Below, piece by piece: positions 57,436-64,000 of a stretch of DNA of 64,000 bases. Position numbers and translations under genes: made by a program. Origin of the DNA: Clostridia bacterium (GTDB lineage: Bacteria; Bacillota; Clostridia; Oscillospirales; Butyricicoccaceae); the NCBI GenBank assembly GCA_017521295.1, contig JAFXDF010000036.1, forward strand, positions 1,275-65,274. The letters are read 5' to 3'. The notes under the pieces were generated by a model. That model saw only the letters and a list, made by a program, of their open reading frames with translations, made no database searches and had not been told where the DNA came from. Positions within the stretch are counted from its first letter, which is position 1; every line of letters begins with the position of its first letter.

Positions 57436-58041
57436 TTACAGTTCTTCAGCCTTGAAAGTGGTATAACCCTCATAATAGTAGCTGTGGTCGATGCCTTTCA
57501 TATACATTTCACGGCTGTTGATTTCATCGGTAAGCGCATTTTTCAGGATATGCTTGATCTCTGTATCACGGATCGGGCTGCGTTCCATGGCCAGAAGATA
57601 GTCCTCTTTATCCACACGGCTCCAGTCGATCACTTGATGCAGCTCGGCTTTCAACATCAGATCCAACCAGATGCGGGTGCTGCGTCCGTTGCCTTCGCGG
57701 AAAGGGTGAGCCACGTTCATCTCGACGTACTTTTCGATGATTTCATCGAACGTGGACTGTGGCATTTTTTCAATGTTTGCAAGTGCCGCTTCCAAATACA
57801 TCACCGAAGCAAAGCGGAAGTTTCCTTTGGCCATGTTAACGGTACGAAGTTCACCGGCAAAGTCGTAAATATCCTCAAAGAGGTATTTATGGATGAATTG
57901 CAGAGACGAGAAGGTTCCGGCCTCCAACTCATTCAGGATACCCTTCTCAAAAAGCTCGACAGCCTTCTTTTTGCTGATTTTCTCTTCTTCACGGGCGAGA
58001 GCGGTGGAGGATGTGATTCCCAATTTATTCTCAATTGTCAT
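57436..58041 (-). CDS. fic: class III Fic-family protein (adenylyltransferase type)
   Basis: Start at MTIENK (AGGAGG RBS). Fic motif HPFREGNGRSTR. C-terminal inhibitory-helix motif S-Y-Y-Y-E-G. Confidence 0.85.
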   Translation of the reverse strand: MTIENKLGITSSTALAREEEKISKKKAVELFEKGILNELEAGTFSSLQFIHKYLFEDIYDFAGELRTVNMAKGNFRFASVMYLEAALANIEKMPQSTFDEIIEKYVEMNVAHPFREGNGRSTRIWLDLMLKAELHQVIDWSRVDKEDYLLAMERSPIRDTEIKHILKNALTDEINSREMYMKGIDHSYYYEGYTTFKAEEL

Positions 58042-58061
58042 GGAAAAACCTCCTTTATCTG

Positions 58062-58100
58062 AATGAAAACAAAAGGCACTTGCTTTCGCAAGTGCCTTTT
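58062..58100 (-). terminator. intrinsic terminator after the element-borne tRNA-Arg
   Basis: AAAAGGCACTTGC-GAAA-GCAAGTGCCTTTT followed by GTTTTC on the minus strand. Confidence 0.6.
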
Positions 58101-58102
58101 GT

Positions 58103-58179
58103 TGGTACGCCCGACTGGAGTCGAACCAGCGGCCTACAGAGTCGGAGTCTGTCACTCTATCCAACTGAGCTACGGGCGC
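58103..58179 (-). tRNA. tRNA-Arg (anticodon CCG), intact, element-borne
   Basis: Hand-folded 77-nt cloverleaf: GCGCCCG-TA-GCTC..GAGT-G-ACAGA-CTCCGAC-TCTGT-AGGCC-GCTGG-TTCGACT-CCAGT-CGGGCGT-A-CCA. Confidence 0.85.
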
Positions 58180-58206
58180 GTATTCACTTGCGGGAAAACT
58201 GCTTCG

Positions 58207-58231
58207 AAAAAATAGTGGTCAAATAGTAGTC
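58207..58231. repeat. arm-type-like repeat near attR (AAAAAATAGTGGTCAAATAGTAGTC)
   Basis: 23/25 identical to 35019-35043. Confidence 0.6.
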
Positions 58232-58319
58232 AACTACTACGCTGTTCTGGAGTGTCACCGGCGGCAACACCAGTGATTGCAAGGCTTTGCGGAATAGCTC
58301 TACCGGATAGGCCTGAAAC

Positions 58320-58358
58320 GTCGGAGTCTAACGCTCTATCCAACTGAGCTACGGGCGC
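58320..58358 (-). pseudogene. tRNA-Arg(CCG) 5' half (acceptor to anticodon loop), truncated by the element
   Basis: Minus-strand reading is GCGCCCGTAGCTCAGTTGGATAGAGCG-TTAGA-CTCCGAC. The sequence then diverges into non-tRNA sequence. Confidence 0.8.
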
Positions 58359-58587
58359 GTGCTTATTCAGAACGAATGAATTATAGCATAGATTTACAAT
58401 TTTGTAAATCCCTATTAAGGAAAAACCTTCGACAAACTGCGACGATCTCTCATTTGCATTTTCCGGAAAAATGATAAATCCAGCTTTTTAATGAAAAATA
58501 GCAAATTGTGGAAGAAATTCTTGATGTTGTCAAAAAATCATGGTAACTTTAACATATTCTTGAACAATTTGTGGAGGGATTTTCATC

Positions 58588-59970
58588 ATGTATGAACTGA
58601 TTGATTCCATCAACACAGCGTTGAACAACTTCATCTGGGGTGTGCCGGCCATGGTCTGCATCATCGGCGTTGGCCTGTACCTGAGCTGCCGGACCGGCTT
58701 TATCCAGCTGCGCAAGCTGGGCTATGCCCTGAAGAACACACTGGGTAAGGTATTCAGCAAGAATGCTGCGGCCCAGGGTACCATCACCCCCTTCCAGGCC
58801 GTTTGTACCGCGCTGGCGGCAACCGTCGGTACCGGCAACATCGCCGGCGTGGCCGGCGCCATTGCCATCGGCGGCCCCGGCGCAGTCTTTTGGATGTGGA
58901 TCTCTGCCCTGCTGGGTATGTGCACCAAGTTCGCCGAAGTCACCCTGGCCGTGCACTTCCGTGAGCGCAACAAGGACGGCGACCTGGTGGGCGGCCCCAT
59001 GTATTACATCAAAAACGGTCTGGGCAGCAAGTGGATGTGGCTGGCTTACATGTATGCCGCATTCGGCGCCATCGCCGTATTCGGCACCGGCAACGCCACC
59101 CAGGTCAACACCATTACGGCAGCTGTTGACTCCGCGCTGATCAACTACGGTCTGCTGTCCGAGGGCGCTGTTGCTACCTGCAATCTGATCATCGGCGTTA
59201 TCATCGCAGTGCTCGTTGCGCTGATCCTGCTGGGCGGCGTCAAGCGAATCGGCCAGGTCACCGAGCGCCTGGTACCCTTTATGGCAGCGCTGTACATTCT
59301 GTTGGCACTGGGTCTGATCGCCATCAATATCCAGAAAGTCCCCGCTGTTTTCGCCAGCATTTTCTACGGTGCATTTAATCCCGCGGCGGTCACCGGCGGT
59401 ATCGTGGGCAGCTTTTTTGTCAGTATGAAGCGCGGCGTTTCCCGCGGTATCTTCTCCAACGAGGCCGGCCTCGGCACTGGTTCCATCGCCCACGCCTGTG
59501 CCGACACCGACAAGCCCGTGGAACAGGGTATGTTCGGTATCTTTGAGGTCTTTATGGACACCATCGTGATCTGCACCATGACCGCTCTGGTGGTCCTGCT
59601 CAGCGGTGTCGCCGTGCCTTACGGCCAGGCTGCCGGTGCAGAACTGACCATCGCCGGTTTCACCATGGTCTACGGCAACTGGGTCTCCATTTTCACTGCC
59701 GTGGCCATGTGCTGCTTCGCGTTCTCCACCATTCTGGGCTGGGGTCTGTACGGCGGCCGCTGTGTGGAGTTCCTGTTCGGCCATAAGAGCATCAAGATCT
59801 ACACCGCCCTGTACGCACTGGTGTCCATCGTGGGCGCCACCGTGGATCTGGGCCTGATCTGGGGCGTTTCCGACACGGTCAACGGCTTCATGGTGGTTCC
59901 CAACCTGATCGCCGTGTTCCTGCTGGCGCCGGTCCTGCTGAAGCTGGTAAAGGAGTATTTCAGCAAATAA
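58588..59970 (+). CDS. alanine/glycine:cation symporter (AGCS family)
   Basis: 460 aa polytopic with family-typical motifs GGPGAVFWMW and FSNEAGLG. Confidence 0.85.
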   Translation: MYELIDSINTALNNFIWGVPAMVCIIGVGLYLSCRTGFIQLRKLGYALKNTLGKVFSKNAAAQGTITPFQAVCTALAATVGTGNIAGVAGAIAIGGPGAVFWMWISALLGMCTKFAEVTLAVHFRERNKDGDLVGGPMYYIKNGLGSKWMWLAYMYAAFGAIAVFGTGNATQVNTITAAVDSALINYGLLSEGAVATCNLIIGVIIAVLVALILLGGVKRIGQVTERLVPFMAALYILLALGLIAINIQKVPAVFASIFYGAFNPAAVTGGIVGSFFVSMKRGVSRGIFSNEAGLGTGSIAHACADTDKPVEQGMFGIFEVFMDTIVICTMTALVVLLSGVAVPYGQAAGAELTIAGFTMVYGNWVSIFTAVAMCCFAFSTILGWGLYGGRCVEFLFGHKSIKIYTALYALVSIVGATVDLGLIWGVSDTVNGFMVVPNLIAVFLLAPVLLKLVKEYFSK

Positions 59971-60033
59971 CCTTCACAAAAATCGCATAAAAAACAGGAG
60001 CGGCGTACCGCTCCTGTTTTTTGTATCGTTTGG

Positions 60034-60876
60034 CTATTTTCCCACATATACCAGGCCGCAGGCCTTGGGACCGATATGGCTGCCGATGGCAGCGCCCACC
60101 TGGATGATATGCTTTTCGTGAATGGCGTGTCCGTGCTCGGCCAGCCGCACAGCCAGGGTTTCGGCCACCGAACGGTCATCGGTATACATCACGTACAGGG
60201 GAAAATCCGGATCGGGCTTCTTGGCGTCGGCCTGCTTGCACAGATGATCCATGCCTTTGCGCATACCCATGGCCTTGGCCGGGATGTCCACCCGTCCGTG
60301 GTGATCCACGTGGATGATGGGCTTGATCTGGGCCAGCGTTCCCAGGGTATAGGACAGATGGGATATCCGTCCGCCTTTGTACAAATACTCCAGGGTGTTG
60401 ATGCAGGCGTACAGCACGATGCGCCCGCGCAGTTCTTCCACCGCCGCCACGATCTCAGCGGCCGACTTGCCCTCGTCCCGCAGCTTGACGGCGTGCTCCA
60501 CCAGCATACGCTGGCCGCCGGTAGCGTTCCGGGTGTCCACCACATAGGCGCCCTCGTATCCCACATCTTCCCGGATGAACATGGCGCTCTGCCAGGTTCC
60601 GCTGAGAGCCGAGGACAGGGTGAAATAGATGGCCTCATCCCCTGCTGCCTTTGCCTCGGCAAACAGGTCGGCCAGCACCTGGGGGGCCGCCTGAGAGGTT
60701 TTGGGCATGGCGCCCGTTTCCATCATTTTATCATAAAACTGGGGTTTGGACAGGTCGATGTTCTCCTCATATTCCTCCGTGCCAAACAGCACCTTCAACG
60801 GAATGCAGGAGATCTGCATTTGTTCCAGTTCGTTGGGTTCAAAATCTGCTGCGGAATCAGTAATGATCCGTACCAT
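60034..60876 (-). CDS. DegV-family fatty-acid-binding protein
   Basis: 280 aa with N-terminal IITDSAADF and a TSQ motif. Confidence 0.85.
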   Translation of the reverse strand: MVRIITDSAADFEPNELEQMQISCIPLKVLFGTEEYEENIDLSKPQFYDKMMETGAMPKTSQAAPQVLADLFAEAKAAGDEAIYFTLSSALSGTWQSAMFIREDVGYEGAYVVDTRNATGGQRMLVEHAVKLRDEGKSAAEIVAAVEELRGRIVLYACINTLEYLYKGGRISHLSYTLGTLAQIKPIIHVDHHGRVDIPAKAMGMRKGMDHLCKQADAKKPDPDFPLYVMYTDDRSVAETLAVRLAEHGHAIHEKHIIQVGAAIGSHIGPKACGLVYVGK

Positions 60877-61057
60877 TTTATCCCTCGCCTTTACAGTTAG
60901 ATTGTATTATGATGATTGTACAGGCGGTTTCTCAACAATAGGGCAACTTTTTGTGAATAAATTGTAAACAACAACATTTTTTCCTGTTTATTCATGGTTG
61001 ACCTTGCGGCGAAAACCATGTATCCTGTTACTGTAGCTATCACAAAAGGAGTCGCGT

Positions 61058-61720
61058 ATGCAGTATATCATTTCCTTTTTGGAGGGAATCATTACCTTCA
61101 TTTCTCCCTGTCTGCTCCCCATGCTGCCCATTTACCTTTCCTTTTTCGCAGGCGGCAAGGAGCGCACCCTCAAGCGGACGCTGATCTGTGCCTTGGGCTT
61201 TGTTCTGGGCTTTACGGTCGTTTTCACCGCCATGGGAGCCCTGGCCGGCACCGTGGGCAGTTTTCTGCGGCAGTATCAGACCGCGGTCAACCTTGTTTCC
61301 GGTCTGATCGTTATTCTGTTCGGCCTGAACTTTCTGGGCGTGTTCCATTGGAACCTGTTCCGGGGGAATCAGAAGCAGGTGGACACCTCCGACCTGCGGT
61401 TCTGGTCCTCTGCCCTGTTCGGCATGGTGTTTTCCATCGGCTGGACGCCCTGCGTAGGCGCCTTTCTGGGCTCGGCGCTGATGCTGGCCTCCCAGCAGGG
61501 CAGCGTCCTGACCGGTACGCTGATGCTTCTGTGTTATTCCGCCGGCCTGGGAATTCCCTTCCTGCTGAGCGCGATCCTCATCGACCGGCTGAAAAACGCT
61601 TTCGACTGGATCAAGCGCCACTACGGGCTGATCAACAAGCTGTGCGGCGGTCTTTTGATCCTGGTGGGACTTTTGATGATGACCGGCCTGTTGGGCCGGA
61701 TGCTGACCTTTTTGAGTTGA
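61058..61720 (+). CDS. ccdA: cytochrome c biogenesis / thiol-disulfide transporter CcdA
   Basis: 220 aa, 6 TM helices, SPCLLPMLP and WTPCVG motifs. Confidence 0.85.
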   Translation: MQYIISFLEGIITFISPCLLPMLPIYLSFFAGGKERTLKRTLICALGFVLGFTVVFTAMGALAGTVGSFLRQYQTAVNLVSGLIVILFGLNFLGVFHWNLFRGNQKQVDTSDLRFWSSALFGMVFSIGWTPCVGAFLGSALMLASQQGSVLTGTLMLLCYSAGLGIPFLLSAILIDRLKNAFDWIKRHYGLINKLCGGLLILVGLLMMTGLLGRMLTFLS

Positions 61721-61729
61721 GGTGACTGT

Positions 61730-62308
61730 ATGAAAAACAAAATCATTCTGTTGATCGTTGGCCTGGTATTTGTGCTGATCCTGGCCGGCGCCACCCTCTT
61801 TTACGACGAGCTGAGCGGCCAGTACAGCGCCGACGCCCTCACGGAACAGCAGGACACCCAGACCGAGGACACTTCCAGGGAAGTGATCGCGGCCCCCGAC
61901 TTCACCGTTTTGGACAGAAACGGTGTAGAAGTCAAGCTGTCCAATTTCCGCGGCACGCCGGTGATCGTCAACTTCTGGGCCAGCTGGTGCGGCCCCTGCC
62001 AGAGCGAGATGGCCGACTTCGACGCGACCGCCGCCAAATATGCCGGCCAGGTGCAGTTTATGATGATCAATCTCACCGACGGCGGGCGGGAAACGGTGGA
62101 TACCGCAACGGCCTTTGTAGACGGAAGAGGATATACCTTCCCGGTGTTTTTTGATACCCGCTACAGCGCCGCCTCCGCTTACGGCGTTTCCGGCATCCCG
62201 GCTACCTACTTCATCAACGCCCAGGGGCATATCGTGGCCCGGGGCTCCGGACCGCTGAACAGTGCCGCCCTGGAGCAGGGCATCGCCATGATCACAACGT
62301 CACAGTAA
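61730..62308 (+). CDS. TlpA/ResA-family membrane-anchored thiol-disulfide oxidoreductase
   Basis: 192 aa with a WASWCGPC active site and an N-terminal TM anchor. Confidence 0.8.
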   Translation: MKNKIILLIVGLVFVLILAGATLFYDELSGQYSADALTEQQDTQTEDTSREVIAAPDFTVLDRNGVEVKLSNFRGTPVIVNFWASWCGPCQSEMADFDATAAKYAGQVQFMMINLTDGGRETVDTATAFVDGRGYTFPVFFDTRYSAASAYGVSGIPATYFINAQGHIVARGSGPLNSAALEQGIAMITTSQ

Positions 62309-62328
62309 CATAGGATGTATCTTGTTTT

Positions 62329-63249
62329 ATGAAAAAGTATGCCATCAATTGGGAGTTTTTCCCATGGAAGCTCTTCGCACCGCCCATCAGCGAGAAGTTT
62401 CTGGCCATGGCGGTCCCTCATATGAAGCCGCCAAAATCGCTCTGGCGGGATAACGAACTGACGGTGTCCACCCACGAAGTAAGCAGCTATGACGGTGAAA
62501 CGATCACCTGTTTTGTGCTGTCGCCCAGGAATCTTCCCGCTGACGCCCCCTGCCTGCTCTACCTTCACGGCGGTGGTTTTGTGCTGGAAGCTGCCGGCTA
62601 CCACTATTCCAATGCCATGCGTTACGCCAAAGAGGTGGGCTGCAGAGTCGTGTTTCCCTTATACCGCCTTGCGCCGCAGTATCCCTTTCCGGTTTTCTTC
62701 GAGGACTGCTATGCTGCCTTCACCTGGGCTTACGATCATGCCGCTGAACTGGGCATTGACACACAGCATATTGGTATCGGCGGTGACAGCGCGGGCGCTA
62801 CCCTGGCTGTAGGGGTATGTCTGATGGCACGGCAGCGAAAGCATCCGGTAAAATTTCGGTTTCAGATGCTCCCCTACCCCTTCCTTGACGCACGGAACTG
62901 CAGCGATTCCTGCAAGCGCTTTACCGATACCCCGATGTGGAACTCGACATTGTCCGACCGAATCGGCCCCATGACCAAAGTGGACAGTACCCATCCCAAC
63001 TACAGTTGGTACTCTCCTGTGGAGGCACAAAGCTTCGAAGGGCTCCCCCCTGCCTACATCGAAACGGCGGAATTCGACTGTCTCCACGATGATGGTATTC
63101 TCTATGCCGCACTTCTGCGAAAGGCAGGCATTGAAGTAACACTGAACGAAACCAAAGGTACTATGCATGGCTTTGACATCGCCGCAAGAGCTCCCACGAC
63201 TCTGGCTGCCATACAACAGCGGGTCACGTTTATGAGGAAACATATCTGA
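62329..63249 (+). CDS. alpha/beta hydrolase (esterase/lipase, Abhydrolase_3 type)
   Basis: HGGGF oxyanion motif and a GDSAG nucleophile elbow. Confidence 0.75.
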   Translation: MKKYAINWEFFPWKLFAPPISEKFLAMAVPHMKPPKSLWRDNELTVSTHEVSSYDGETITCFVLSPRNLPADAPCLLYLHGGGFVLEAAGYHYSNAMRYAKEVGCRVVFPLYRLAPQYPFPVFFEDCYAAFTWAYDHAAELGIDTQHIGIGGDSAGATLAVGVCLMARQRKHPVKFRFQMLPYPFLDARNCSDSCKRFTDTPMWNSTLSDRIGPMTKVDSTHPNYSWYSPVEAQSFEGLPPAYIETAEFDCLHDDGILYAALLRKAGIEVTLNETKGTMHGFDIAARAPTTLAAIQQRVTFMRKHI

Positions 63250-63259
63250 GCAAAAGGAG

Positions 63260-63718
63260 TTGAGAATAATGATAAAAATTCTTTTTGTTTGCCACGGCAA
63301 TATCTGTCGCAGCCCCATGGCAGAGTTTGTCATGAAAGATCTGGTGGAAAAAGCCGGTTTGGAAGCCAGGTTCTATATTGAATCCGCGGCGGTGTCTGCC
63401 GAAGAGCTGGGCAACCCCGTCTATCCGCCTGCCCGGCGTGAGTTGGCGGCTCATGGTATCTCTTGTGACGGGAAAACAGCCCGGCAGATGAGCCGAGCCG
63501 ACTATGATCGGTTTGATTTGCTTGTGTGCATGGACACTTCCAACCTGCGGCGTATGGAGCGCATCTGCGGCGGCGATCCAAAGGGAAAACTGTCCCGTCT
63601 GCTGGATCACACCGATCATCCCGGTGATGTGGCAGATCCTTGGTACACCGGAGATTTTACCGCAACCTGGCAAGATGTATGGTCCGGATGCACCGCTCTT
63701 CTGGAAAAGTTTGGATAA
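63260..63718 (+). CDS. low-molecular-weight protein-tyrosine phosphatase
   Basis: 152 aa with the CHGNICRS P-loop (C-x5-R-S) and a DP motif. Confidence 0.85.
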   Translation: MRIMIKILFVCHGNICRSPMAEFVMKDLVEKAGLEARFYIESAAVSAEELGNPVYPPARRELAAHGISCDGKTARQMSRADYDRFDLLVCMDTSNLRRMERICGGDPKGKLSRLLDHTDHPGDVADPWYTGDFTATWQDVWSGCTALLEKFG

Positions 63719-63812
63719 ATGAACTTTTTTGAGATTTTTTCAAAAAAACGCTTGACATTCTCTCTCCCCCGTGATATTATAAGCAAGCAGTCGAGAGACG
63801 GCACCACAACTT

Positions 63813-63888
<76 letters not shown>

Positions 63889-63925
63889 AAAAGACCTGAA
63901 ATCGTAAGATTTCAGGTCTTTTTTC
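63889..63925 (+). terminator. intrinsic terminator after tRNA-Ala
   Basis: AAGACCTGAAATC-GTAA-GATTTCAGGTCTT followed by TTTT. Confidence 0.6.
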
Positions 63926-64000
63926 GTCTGAAATCTGCCGTTTTTGTCCATTCTGTGTGATCTTTTCCAGATGCCACGGAACACTTACACCTCGCGGAAC

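Larger units (their letters stand above)
34884..58327. mobile_element. ~23.4-kb integrative mobilizable element / genomic island inserted in the tRNA-Arg(CCG) anticodon loop
   Basis: The 8-bp core GTCGGAGT sits at both ends (34884-34891, 58320-58327), with split tRNA halves outside. Inside are two tyrosine integrases, MobC, a relaxase and a rep-like gene. Base composition is mosaic and AT-richer than the flanks. Related 25-nt arm-like repeats lie near both ends. Confidence 0.8.

Noticed and set aside
56881-58041. Remnant prophage (holin-like gene)
   Set aside because: No endolysin, capsid, tail, terminase or phage repressor genes occur anywhere in the element. The backbone is relaxase/MobC/integrase, which makes it an integrative mobilizable element.
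58042-58164. N-terminal extension of the Fic ORF (MDRVTDSDSVGRWFDSSRAY...)
   Set aside because: The extension translates the tRNA-Arg gene and its terminator. A strong AGGAGG RBS precedes the internal ATG at 58041.
58549-59784. 411-aa minus-strand ORF
   Set aside because: It is antisense to the AGCS symporter gene and is a low-complexity shadow ORF.

Overview
The window looks like part of a high-GC Gram-positive, Clostridia-like chromosome. That guess rests on gene content only (darA-holB-ricT synteny, FemAB, SLH, DegV, phosphoketolase). Positions 1-34.4 kb and 58.4-64 kb are ordinary core genome: proC, coaX, phosphoketolase, purC, gap, alr, three MATE pumps, PadR/DUF2812, a peptide-type ABC binding protein, a flippase/pyruvyltransferase/FrhB-like glycan trio, an ECF sigma/anti-sigma pair, nudC, ccdA/tlpA, an LMW phosphatase and tRNA-Ala. 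Many long ORFs in the track are antisense shadows of these high-GC genes and were discarded. The main feature is a ~23.4-kb, compositionally mosaic integrative mobilizable element (34,884-58,327). It has split a tRNA-Arg(CCG) gene inside its anticodon loop, leaving the 5' half at 58,320-58,358, the 3' half at 34,846-34,891, and the 8-bp core GTCGGAGT at both junctions. The element carries its own intact tRNA-Arg(CCG). Its backbone is two tandem tyrosine integrases, MobC plus a relaxase, a P-loop replication-type protein, a class III Fic and a holin-like protein. Its cargo has five parts. (1) An AT-rich cassette encodes a PD-(D/E)xK-like protein, an ABC/AAA_21-type ATPase split at an A7 run, and a divergently transcribed HEPN (RNxxxH) protein. 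(2) A LytTR response regulator sits with a transmembrane-less kinase and a DUF2971 protein. (3) Two perfect 67-bp repeats carry LytTR-like direct repeats and bracket a HAD/dCMP-deaminase/membrane-protein cassette ahead of a NUDIX/ABC-exporter block. (4) A membrane protein is paired with an Abi-alpha protein. (5) A ~0.75-kb ORF-free region runs from a near-consensus promoter, with an internal terminator and an attenuator-like hairpin, upstream of the replication gene. Just outside the element lie a stand-alone Card1-like CARF-nuclease gene, a CAT gene and nested tRNA-derived recombination scars. No CRISPR array, rRNA or complete prophage is present. All functional calls come from motif and family recognition by eye, and none was checked against a database.
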